Origin: Mobula hypostoma
Taxonomy: Eukaryota
Direction: 5' to 3'
Assembly (NCBI RefSeq): GCF_963921235.1
Contig: NC_086097.1
Location: 134,604,001-134,668,000 of the forward strand
DNA length: 64,000 nucleotides
Part shown: positions 52,440 through 64,000 of the stretch, one piece after another
How the letters are laid out: each line of letters begins with the position of its first letter
How positions within the stretch are numbered: the first letter of the stretch is position 1
Program-made: the position numbers and the translations under genes
The notes under the pieces: generated by a model
What the model was told of the DNA's origin: nothing
Databases searched by the model: none
The model's input: only the letters and a program-made list of their open reading frames with translations

Positions 52440-53090
52440 ACAACTTGACTAATAAGAGTCAGCTAAGATTTACTTGGTCTCACAGTCCAAGCCAGATGTC
52501 TGAGTACAAGAGCCTAGCTTTGAAATTCAGTACAGAGAGACTGCTGCACTGAAAGAGGCCAAATCTCATTTTATTTTGTAAATGCAATTTAGAGTAGGGC
52601 CTTCTGTCTCTGCGAGGTGTACTGGCCCAGCAACCCCGATTTAATCCTAACCTAATAACGGGACCAATTATCCTACCCAATGTGTCTTTGGACTGTGGGA
52701 GGAAACAGGAGCACCTGGGAAATAATGTACATTACTCATTACAGAGGACACCAAAATTAAACTCCAAACTCCAATACCACGAGCTGTAATAGCATCGCAC
52801 TAATCGCTCCACTACTGTGGCGCCCATGTGAGACTTAAATTGAGGGCTGTCTGTCTTCTCAATTAAACACAAAAGAACACATGTCACCATTCTAGAAAAG
52901 AGTAGTGGTGTTATCCTTAATGTCCTGGACCCTTATTTAATGTCAGTAAAACAGATTAGCTGGTCATTACCATGTTTCTGTTTTTGGGAGATCATTCTGT
53001 CAAACTAATTACAATTTTCCCCACATTAGATCAGTGACCACACCCCAAGTAGGTTTATTGCAACCTGAGGTTCATGAAACCCACCTTTGA
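52440..53090 (+). mobile_element. DeuSINE (SacSINE1/AmnSINE1-like), split by a V-SINE
   Basis: CAGTACAGAGAGACTGCTGCACTG, and after the insert GTCCTGGACC..AAAACAGATTAGCTGGTCATTA..CTGTTTTTGGGAG..CACATTAGATCAGTGAC, resemble the Deu domain. Confidence 0.6.
52568..52825 (-). mobile_element. V-SINE
   Basis: TCTTTGGACTGTGGGAGGAAACAGGAGCACCTGG (reverse complement of V domain); head GGGCGCCACAGTAGTGGAGCGATTAG on the minus strand. Confidence 0.8.
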
Positions 53091-56000
53091 AATAGGTGGG
53101 TTTGTTTCTTTTGATCCACAAGTTTCAAAAAAAAAAATTATTTTCTTTGCACAAAGGGGAAACCATTGTGCTAACTGCACAATGCAAATTAAAACACCAG
53201 AGGATTATAGAAGAGCCTACAAATTATACTAAATACATTCGCAAAAATTATCTGTATGTTCCATTCAGTATACACTGTCAACAAAAATGAGAATTTATCC
53301 ATAGTGGCTATGATGGCATTAAGTTCAAGTGTTCAAGGTGTTAAAAGCAGGTGCAATTCTCCCTGCTATGAAATTACAAAGCAATTTCATCATGAAATAA
53401 TCTATTTTTACAGAAAGCCAATTAAATTGTGCCATGAGAGATTAAGGACACTGCATTAACTTACAGTGGTCTGATTCAACAGCAGAATAATAATACTATT
53501 AAAAATATATACTGAATGTTTAAAATCTTGGGGGTCAACTTTTATTCAGAACAGCTTTCAAATACAGTGTAGTATTTGTTACAGTGAACTTACCCCCACT
53601 ATCAATTAAATCATAGACTGTCATTCTGATTGCTTTATTTGTTAAGGGACAGCACATTTCCATCTAAGGATCAGCTAGGCTTTATATCACCATAAGACAA
53701 TTCATAATCCTGAGCAGAATGAATGCACAAATTACATTCTTCAACCTTTTACTCCCACTAAATCTTTCCTTTTTCCACTTTGCTGAGCTTGAATATTTTA
53801 TTCCTCCATCAAATATGCATCCCATTAATTAAGTTAAATTACTTCTGACTGCCAAATATTCGCTGTCGATGACTGTCAACAGAAAATACATGGCTGTGAA
53901 CTTCTAATGACACAGCCTCGGTTAAACATGAGTTACAACCTTCAAGCATGCATCTACAGGCAAATTATCAGTCTCCTGTTTAAAACGAGACTAAATTAAA
54001 TGCTGGTTTCTTTCCTTTTGCTTTTAACAACTATACAATAGATGACACGCTTACTTGACAAAGCAAGTGCTGCAATTTTAATTATATGCCTTATTCTCAT
54101 CTTTTAATTGCTGTTGTTAATCAGTCATTAACTTCATCTCCTGAAAAACTGCTAGTACAAGATTCACAAATCTTCTCAAAACACTTTTTTCATAACCAAC
54201 GTGTAATTTCCACTATTTTAATATTGTCATTTTCAAAACATGGTATTTTAGATCCATCCTTTAAAGATGGCAGTGAGAAAATGATTAATCACAACTCTAA
54301 AGGATTGTCTTTCTCAATCTATAGAGTAAACTGTAAAATAAAATTTAAAAAGTAGATAGACAATTAATTACTTTTCAATTCCAAGCCAACTAAATTTCCG
54401 ATTACAAGTTATGAGTGAATATTAAGTCTTCACACAAAGCATTTAATAGTATGATGCTGCTTCATTTGTCAAGCTACAGTAATTGTACTGACAACACACC
54501 AAAGGTAAAAATGGCCTATAATCCAGACTTTCACGTCTTCACATAGACTTTTCTTAATTACCACACAATACCCAATTTTTTTTTCCAAAAAACATTTATG
54601 CAAAATATAGGTTACCGTGTAATCTCTACATTGAAAAAATTATTCTGATCAAATGCTGATTTTGGTTATATTTTATAAAATAATAATTCCTGATGAGACA
54701 ATATTACTGGTCCAATGAAATACTATTAATTAGCATTTATGAACTCTGTTCCTTATCACCAGAACACATTTATCAAGGAATCTGGATCAGCTACCTTTTC
54801 TGTGCATCAATCCAAGTTGTGTGTAGGGATAACATAATCTAAAAGATACCTGCTCGGCAATTAATCATTCACTGAAACATCATGGGTTAACAGGTGACCA
54901 ATTCTCTTGTTCAAATTCAAACACAAAAACAACTTCAATTTTGTCAATGACTTCCTGTCAACATCAATCCATTGAGATATATCTTCTTATAAAAAGGGGG
55001 TTTGATTTTAAAACATCGAATAATTCTAATGTAGTCACAGAACTGCTCATTAAAATAACTGCAAGCTTTCTACATAAATATAGATTTATTTAAGAGAACA
55101 TACAATTAATGGGTTAAATCTGTATCACTAAGGTTTCAATAAAGCTGTATTTAGTAAAGTTGCAGAGTTACTAAAGTTTCTTCAGTTTTGATTGATTCCA
55201 AAATTACTGAGTTCTTCCAAATTACATGTTTTCTAGCCATGAGAAATCCATTCATTTTGATGTGTTAATATACCCTTGATGCTTTTGCAAGACTCATGTT
55301 GCTGCCAAAACATCACTTGCAAAAGTTGCACTGACATTGGTAGAGATGGGAGGGGGAAGTGTTGTTGGTGGTTGGGGGGGGGGGGGGAAGAACCATAATT
55401 TAAGTTATGTTTGTAGGAATAAAGTGCAATTACATTTCTCATAAATGTGAATGCAGATGGTTTATACAGTTGAGGCTTCTCATCAAATACATTTAAAATG
55501 TATGATAACTCAGCTTACTCTATAAAAGAAGCTTCACAAATACAATCCCTTTCAGTCAGCTCCAGACATTCATCAACCTGGAGGAAACCCTGAGCATTTT
55601 CCGTTTCAGTGTGAATGCATTTCTTCAGTCTGTAGGGATCTAAAATATCTTTGCATCTTGCTATTTAATAAAAACTCCAACATCTTTATCTTTGTTTTTT
55701 TTTGCACTGGGCAATTATTTTGAATAGTCCCAAAATTAAAAAAAAATAAAAACAGAGAGGCCATGCAGCATTAAATGTGCTCTATCATAACCTAAATTGG
55801 GTTAAATTATATGGAACAATTGGAAATGGTTTGCCACTTTGGAGTTCTATGATAATCAGATTATGATATAAATTGATGTGATAATAAGCATGTTTCACAG
55901 TATAACACAAATGTAACAGTCTGGGAAAATTTAAATTTGATTATACCTTATCAGAATCCAGTCAACTGATTGAGGACACCTGGCAACCAATTTTCATATT

Positions 56001-56899
56001 GAGGGACAGCAAGAACATGCTGGAATCATCCCACACGTTTACTAATAGCTTCAACGCCACAGTCAACATGACAAAAAGCCTATATTTCCTTTCCGCACAG
56101 TTTTATTTCCCCCACTTCCCTTTCCCATTCTGTTACAATTTATACCTTGCTCTCCCACTTAAACTTCCAACAGAAGTGTAAATGCTGATAATTATGCTTT
56201 TCCGACAGAATAATTTCACCTAGCTTTTAACCAAACAACATTCTGCACCATTGTAAAAGTCTGGACTCTTTACCTTAATATAATCTGTATTACATTAACT
56301 GATTTCCATCCATTCAAATGTTTAGATAAACTCCAGGATTAATGACGTGTTTTTATGGCTGGATATGACAACATTATTCCTATCAGTGAGTGGATGACCC
56401 TTGCAAACAAATCTGATCAGGGCACAGCTGCAATTGACTTAATTAATTTTCAATACAAATATCCTCCATGATGTATTTTCCCAGCAAAATTATCCTGCTG
56501 TTATCGGAAGGAGTTGTTACAGTTTCTGTCATAAATCTCACTTCCTTTGCCCTTGAAGTAAATTTCTTTTTCTGAATAAAATGACCAAGGGGTTACCACT
56601 ACTTGCTGTCAGAAGTATGACCCTCTTTGATTCTGCTATTGACATCTTTCTTTTTTTTAAATTAGAAACGTATTCAGGTTTATCTTAACGGACAGTAAGG
56701 TAAGAAAGTATATAGTACAGTCAAAATATAAATGACAGAAAAGATCCCTCGGGATGTCTTGGTGAAAGAACGAAACAACACTCACTGCAATCGGGATATG
56801 AGGAAAATCAAACAATTTCTTTGAAAGTTAGCACTATAGAATAAAGATTACCTGCATAGTAGAATTAATCAGAGGTTATTAGCAGTCATCTCCTCAGTG

Positions 56900-58215
56900 T
56901 ATAGGAATGTGCAAAAATACTTCAGGATATTGAGGATAAATTGGCTCTGAAGGTCAAATGGCTGGCCATCTGTCACCGGTTCCCACCACACTTCGCAATG
57001 TCCTTCTTGGTCATTCTGAGTGGCGACCTCAAATGCATCCATTTCAAATTGTATACCGTTTCCAGAGACCTGGCCTAGCAGCTATGCAATATCTTCATAA
57101 TCCCTCCACCAAAGAACTGCTACAAGACACCAAGTCAAAACCAGATGACTCAGTCCGTCCTATTAGAAGTATACAGCATTATGCTTCTACCTAGCAGTAA
57201 ATCAGAATCCATAACGCATAATTACCTGAAGATTAACCATCGTTCAGAAGAGCAAAGGCCATAAGGAACTAGATGGAGCACATATCCAAGGAAAAAGAGA
57301 ACTGAGAATTTAAGAGGCCTTCCCTCTTGATCATAGGCAAGAACCAGATCTTCAGGTCCAAAGTCCTCCCATGTTGATATACTAGGTAGTAATGTAGCCC
57401 ATACTACATTCCTACACTATGGCATTCATCCAATCAACCCTCCATTTCATCAGGGAAATCCAAAATGGACCATGTCCTGAGAGAGCAAAAATATATGTAT
57501 GCAACATTGCAGTCAACTGGATGATCACCTTTGTGTATAACGTTATCAAGGTGTGTGCAGATCATGGGTACACAACACCAAGTGCTTAAGTTCTAACTGT
57601 CCCCAGTGATGTGATGCCACATAATGTGTCCATTTATTTAGACAGTGCCCATGACACTACCTGTCCCTTGTAGAAAAAGAAATTGACCATAAAACAATCA
57701 GAGTGGCCATGGGACCTTGCAAGGAAAGGAGCAGAAGGATCCTGTGGGATGGTTCCCAAATGAACTGTCAAACTCATTTGGCAGAAGTCTTAATTGCCAA
57801 AACTTTCAAGCAAGGCACGATGCTGCTATTTAATAGGCATATATGTAGTGACAAGTTCGACCTAATGCTATCCTTGGGGTGGCCCCGCTGCGGATGAGAT
57901 AGTCATCAACAACCTTGTGGATTGTACTTTTGCAAGTCTGACCTGGAAATGGATACAGTTGTCTTTGTTGAAGATCATTCCCAGCATAACTCAAGGGTAT
58001 GACCCACGCTGCTCCCAGGGAAGTACATCGAGACAACCACTGTTGAAAGACCATCTGAATGAATGGCATGTTGGCCTGCCTGAAATCAGCTCATTTTCCC
58101 AAGTAAGAAGCTTTCTACATCCAAATGCTGTGGGCTGCTATATTCCAAGATGCAAGAGAGCATGCTGAAAGATGCACTGAAGCTTGTACAGTAATTATAA
58201 AGACTCCATGGGATA
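56900..58215 (+). mobile_element. Decayed Tx1-clade LINE ORF2 3' part
   Basis: KSKMDHVLRE, KLIWQK, VDCTFASLTWKWIQLSLLKIIPS, CCGLLYSKMQESMLKDALKL match Tx1-like C-terminal motifs. Confidence 0.55.
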
Positions 58216-58440
58216 AGCCCAGAAAAGAGGAGTAATGCTGTTTCATTTGGCTGTATTCATGGGTATTTATGTATGGTTGAATGACAATTGAACTTGAACT
58301 CAGGGCAAAACTACCACTGAATACTGAAGGGCTGGGTCCCTATAATAACCTCTCAAACTCGTTTCATATGGAATGTTTGGGAATGGAAAACTGATGCAAT
58401 GTAAATATTGTAGGCGACTAAACCAACACAATGTGGTGTC

Positions 58441-59080
58441 ATGAGACACAAAAGACTGAAAATGCTAGAATCTGGGAGTAATAGGCAATCTTGAGGAACT
58501 CAGTAGGTGGAGCAGAAGCTGTGGGAGGTAAGAATTGTTGGTATTTCATGTTGAAACCTCCCATCAGAACCCAACATATTGATAATTCCTTCCCTTCCAC
58601 AATTGCGGCCCAGCCTGCTGAGTTCCTCCAGCAGACTGATAATTCAGTATTAACTAAGACCACCAATGCCTCTGAATCAGATCAGAGGTACAAGCACAAG
58701 AGTAAAGTACAGAATACTGAAACTTCCAATAAAATGTTAAAAGATACTGTCATGTCCCACTATTAAATAGAGGCCAACTACTTTTTTAAGACATTTTCTA
58801 GGAGAAACTGAACAGGTTTGATTGAAGTATTTAAAATCAGGAAGGAATCAATACAATGTTTTCATTGTAAAACGTGGATTTGTAAGTACAAATTAAATTG
58901 AATAAAATTTACCCTGAAGGTGGAGATATAGGAGACTATAGATGCTGGAATCTGGAATAACAACCTGCTGGAAGAATTCAGTGGGTCAATCAATTTTTGT
59001 GGAAGAAAGGAAATGTCAAACCCTGATTAGGGCCCACTGATCTTAATCCACTAAGTTCTTTCAGCAGACTGTTCATTGTT
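58441..59080. mobile_element. Two old inverted-pair PLE terminal elements (about 58441-58640 and 58930-59080)
   Basis: GAGGAACTCAGTAGG ... CCTGCTGAGTTCCTC; CTGCTGGAAGAATTCAGTGG ... CCACTAAGTTCTTTCAGCAG. Confidence 0.65.
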
Positions 59081-61614
59081 AGCTAAAAATTGATAGGAAC
59101 GTGGAAGAATAGAGGTACTTAAGGAGGAGTTATATAAACAAAATGGAGTAAAGAATGAAACTATTTGTTGATAGAGTAATGGTTTACATGGAGCAGGAAA
59201 ATCATCAGAGACCACTTGTGCTGTAATATCAATGTAATTTCATATACAAGGAACAAAATGCCCAGGAACAGCTGGCCTGCCTTCACACCTCCAACAGGTG
59301 TATAGCCAGTGAGAGCAAGCAATGGGGTGAAAAGAAAAAGGGATTATGAAAAAAAACTATTTTTATTTTTTCATTATAGTGCTCTAACAATAATTATGTC
59401 CTCTCCTCACACCTGTTCAGGAATCATCATGAGCTACTCACACCGATCTACGTAGTGTCACTGGCAGAGAAGAGGAAACTGCCCACAGAGCAGAATGTGA
59501 AATCTGAGTGGGAAGATGCTAAGCCACATTTACAGATCCCAACAGGCAGCTCCAAAACAACACTGGCCTATTCATGTCAGCTTTCACCCCAGGCCAGCAA
59601 CTGATGTACACTGTGCAAATCTAAAATGAGAGACAGCACTTTAAAACAAAACCTTTTTACAAATTTGGTAAAAAAGAAAGAATTGTTTATCCAGATATAT
59701 TAACAATGAAAATGATATACCTCAGGATTCACCACTTTACATAATGCAGGGCAGTAATTAAACAGCAAATGTAACAGCAATTAAAATTTGTTGTTATTTA
59801 TGTACAGAACAAGAGGTGAAGACTTATCTGCAAATATTCTCTGTTTCAAAGCAGCATTCATTCCAAGATAGCCATAACCTTCTGGGGAAGGAAACACTGG
59901 AGAACTGTGCAGGCTCAAACACTGAATATGTTCAAGGCTGAGACAGACCGATTTTTGATCCATACAAAGCCAATGGTTCCTAGGGAGCTGGCAGCACAGT
60001 GGAACTCAGTTCTGAATAGCTTGAGAAACCCTGAACCTATTTGACAGGTTCTTAAGTACTAAACAGTAATCAAGCATTTTAAAAGTGGCCATAGAATAGA
60101 TATTCCCCTCCCCCCGTGTGGGAGAGACCAAAACTAAAGACAGTCACCAACAAACTACAAGGCAGTCACCAACAAATCTATTAGGGAACTCATGTAAAAC
60201 CTTTCCAGATGAGCATGTGGCACTACTACCAGATGGAGTAGTTAAGGCGAAGAAGGAAAATACAATCAAGGAGAGGCAAAGTAAGGTTATGACCAGAAAA
60301 GAATAAAAGAATATATCGTAGAGGGTTTTGTGCTGTATAAACAATGCGGTAGATAGGACAAGAAGCTAGATTATGTCCCATAAATTCTATATAATTCTGC
60401 TGAGTGAGAATCTTGGTGCCCCAATAAGTTTGGCCCAGATAATGTGACCTGCTCTCACCAACACCTTTGTGGCTTGAGCAGTCTACTCTACTTCATAGGC
60501 AAACTCAGTTGTGTACATCATCACTGTTCTATGAAACTCCAATTAGTAGCTCATATGAAGTACTTGATCTATCACCCAAACCTGTTTCTTTCTCTTCCAG
60601 ATCTTTGTTAATTGGGTATCATTAGCTCCATTTCCAAAATTCTTAAACACACATTCTTCATCTGTGATATACTTGGCCAATGTCCTTCACTCTGGCCATC
60701 CCATTTCCAGTAAGTCTCTCGGGATCAATACTAAAATCATTGACCTACTCCTCAAATCTATCTCAGTTATATTTTATCATAAATATTCTCAGAGACCTGG
60801 ACTGCTTCTCTCACTCCAACTTCCTTCTCTTTATTTCAAACTCCATGTGAAATGCTGAGATCAACAGCGAGACCTGTCAACTTTTCTCCTAATGCCTCCC
60901 TATGACCATTCTTTCAATGCCTCCTCTGCTCCCATGCATGAACCTGATTTTCCCAATCTCACTACCCTTCCAGTGCAAACAGTTGCTGGAGCAGCTGAGC
61001 TTCCCTATGTATTTCCCCACCGAGATCACCGATTAACCTACAAAGAATGTAATGTTCCACAGTAATCAGACACTGGTTATGTCTCAAAGGCTAAGTCTTT
61101 GAAAGGGAAGGAAAATTAACTTTGGTCACCTGTGTTACGTCAACATGCAAATTCTAATTACTGGTTGCACAAATTAACACACACTCTGTTGTCTCCAAAG
61201 GAACTGAATGTTGAGGCAACCAAAGACCACCATCTTCTCGCAAATTTCATGCTTTAATGTAAGACCCAGCTTGCATTGTGAACTGCATCTCTCAATAACT
61301 TTCTGACTTGAAAGAATGAATGGTGACACATCCTGAGTATTGGACTTAGTTCTATACCATTAAAGATACCCAAATTTAAAGCACATGCAAGATTCAAAAA
61401 ATGACCTGAAAAATATGCCATCTGCCCCAAAAGGACTGCTGAGCACATTAAAATGTTTAAAAATTCTATTAAAAACACCAAACAAGAAGGAAATTTCCAA
61501 TTGGACCAAATCACTTCATTTTTCCGCCAGAGTAATTGAGAATTCCTCTGTCTTCCAGCCACGCAGCTTCAGCAGTATGACAATGGTCCGGTAATATTGT
61601 ATGATTTCTGCATT

Positions 61615-62090
61615 GTTAATTGGTTTACTATTGTCACGTACGATGGTACAGTGAAAATTTTCACTTTGCATACCCTCCATACAGAATATGACATCACATT
61701 GGTACATCAAGGTGGGTCAAAGCAAAAACAACAACAGAATGCAAAATAAATTATCATATTTGCAGAGAAATTGTAGTGGATGCAAAGCCACAACAAGATA
61801 GATTGTGAGTCCATCTTATTGTGCAAAAGATCCATTCAATAGTCTGACAACAGAAGATAAGAATAGAATCTATCCTTAGCCTGGTGGTATGTACTTTCAG
61901 GCTTTTGCATCTTTTGCCAATGGGGGTGGGGGTGGGGGGGGGGAGGAGAAAAAGTCAGAGCTGGGTAGCGTCTTCGATTATGTAGGCTACTTTTCTGAGA
62001 CAGCAAGAAGTATAGATTGAATCCTTGGAAAGGAGGCTGGTTTTTATGATGTACTGAAGCTATGTCATCGGCTCTCTGCAGCTCTTTTGA
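61615..62090 (-). mobile_element. Rex1/Babar-like 3' fragment
   Basis: Reverse-complement tail TTGGTTTACTATTGTCACGTAC and remnants of the LLP.GKRCKSLKVHTTR coding end. Confidence 0.55.
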
Positions 62091-62424
62091 CTGTAGAGCA
62101 CCAATCAGAAAACAAATCAGAACATCTCAGCAGATTTCACTTAGCACTGCTGAGATATACAAAGGGAGATCACAGCCATATCTTATACTACTAGTTATGC
62201 AAGTTTGCTATCTATAAATTGGGAACACTTCATGCATCGTCATAATAGCTATATTTCAAGAACAGCTATCAGACTGGCTGCAAATAATTAAAATGCATTT
62301 GTTGCAATGGGTATTAGGTGTAAATATAGGAAAGTCTTTAATATTCTTTCAGTATAATGAGACCATATCCAGAATATTGTATACAATTATGGACTCCATA
62401 TTTAATTAATGAATTAATTGTCCT

Positions 62425-63065
62425 GATCCACACACATAGACACCATACCCAAGTTAGTTCACCAATGCCTCTACTTCCTCACAAGGGTAAAGAAATCTGG
62501 CACATCCTCATTGACCATTACTAATTTTTAATCGATGCACCATAGAAAGCACGCTATCCAGATGCATAATGTTTTAGTATGTCAACTGCTCTGCACATGA
62601 TCTCAAGAAACTACAGAGTGCTGTGGACTCAGCTCAGCACATCAAGGAAACCAGCCTCCCCTCTATGGACTCTGTCTATACTTCATGCTGCATCAGTAAA
62701 CCAGCCAGCATAAAGACCCCACCCATACTGAACATACTCTCTTCTCCCCTCTTCCATTGGGCAGAAGATTTTTTAAAAAAAGCCCTGAAACTAGGTTCAT
62801 GGACATCACCTACCCCACTGTTATAAGACTATTAAAGAGTTCCCTGGTTCAATAAAGTAGACTCTAGGCTTTACAATCTACCTCATTGTGAGTTTGCACC
62901 TTACTGTTTACCTGCACTGTACTTTCTTTGTAACTGCTACACTTCATTCTATATTTTTTTTAAACCTTGTTCTACCTGTGTAATGATTTGATCTGTATAA
63001 AGCATACATTACCAGCTTTTTCACTGTGTCGTGGTACATGTGACAATAATAAACCAATTCCATTT
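62425..63065 (+). mobile_element. Rex1/Babar LINE 3' fragment
   Basis: HQCLYFLTRVKK..RCTIES..KLQSAVDSAQHI; tail GACAATAATAAACCAATTCC. Confidence 0.75.
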
Positions 63066-63282
63066 CTAATTACTTGCACTGAAGGTAGTGCAGAAAAGAA
63101 AAGAAGCACTGGGTTGATTCCAGAGGTAAAAGGTTCCATGCACGATAAAAAGTTTAAGCACCACAGTCCAAAGTTCTTTTTTTTTAGAATGTGGCAACAC
63201 AAGTAGATGGGGAGTAACGTAGGCATATGGCATGCGTGTCTTCGTAGCCTGCAGCACAGAAAATAAGAGTTGGGAAGTCATG

Positions 63283-63903
63283 TTTTAACTTTTATGCGTG
63301 GTGGAGAGCATACTAACTGGTTGCATTACAGCCTGATATGGAAACACTAATGCTCTTGAAAGGAGAAGTCTACAAAAAGTAATCCATACAGCCCAGTCTA
63401 TCATGGGTAAAGCCCTCACCACCATTGAGAACATCAACAAGGAGCACTGTTGCAGGAAAGCAACTTCCATCAACAAGGACCCACACCCACCATCCAGGCC
63501 AAGATCTCTTATCACTGCTATCAGGAAGGAGGTACAGGGGCCTCAGGTCCCACACCACCAGGTTACAGAACAGTTATTACCCCTCAACCATCAGGCTCGT
63601 GAACCAGAGGTGATAACTTCATTCACCCCAACACTGAACTGATTTCACAACCTATGGCACTCAATTTCAAGGACTCTACACTCTCATGTTCTTCATATTT
63701 ATTGCTTTATTTTTCTCTTTTTTATTTGCACAGTTTGTGTCTTTGCACACTGGTTGTTTGTCTGTGTTTGTTGTGTACACTTTTTCATTGATTCTATTGC
63801 TTTCTTTGTATTTACTGTGAATGATCAAAAGAAAATTAATCTCAGGGTTGTATAGGTGACGTACTGTATATGTACTTTGATAATAAATTTACTTTGAACT
63901 TTG
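63283..63903 (+). mobile_element. Rex1/Babar LINE 3' fragment with tail
   Basis: VESILTGCITA*YGN; SLLLSGRRYRGLRSHTTRLQNSYYPSTIRLVN; same 3' UTR and tail as 18931-19804. Confidence 0.85.
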
Positions 63904-64000
63904 GAACACAAATCCGCATTTGACTACTATGTGTAGTTCTGGTCCCCAGACGACAGGAAGAATGTAGTTGTGCAGAGGAGATTCACCAGGTCATTGCCTG

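Noticed and set aside
1..64000. CRISPR array, operon or other prokaryote-type system
   Set aside because: No regularly spaced repeats or dense intact ORFs; the sequence is vertebrate-type repeat-rich DNA.

Overview
Eukaryotic, AT-rich, essentially non-coding genomic DNA. The repeat content (HER1-type CR1 LINEs, HE1-type V-SINEs, a DeuSINE, abundant Penelope-like elements) points to a cartilaginous fish, probably a ray (inference). I cannot support any host protein-coding exon, RNA gene or CRISPR array; every recognisable ORF is transposon-derived. Elements seen: two 5'-truncated Penelope-like elements (PLEs; RT plus C-terminal GIY-YIG), several CR1, Rex1/Babar, L2, RTE and Tx1 LINE fragments, SINEs, a decayed full-length Tc1 element and a MITE. 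Long TE-poor stretches (about 29.6-35.9 kb and 53.1-56.7 kb) contain enhancer-like motif clusters, consistent with a large intron or gene desert. The most interesting signal is about a dozen PLE 3'-terminal modules carrying a minimal hammerhead-ribozyme motif. Some are inserted as short stand-alone or inverted-pair units with exact 12-13 bp target-site duplications (TSDs). PLE hammerheads are established biology; whether these short units form a distinct mobile family is untested. Family names come from recognising motifs, not from database searches, and boundaries of decayed repeats are approximate.
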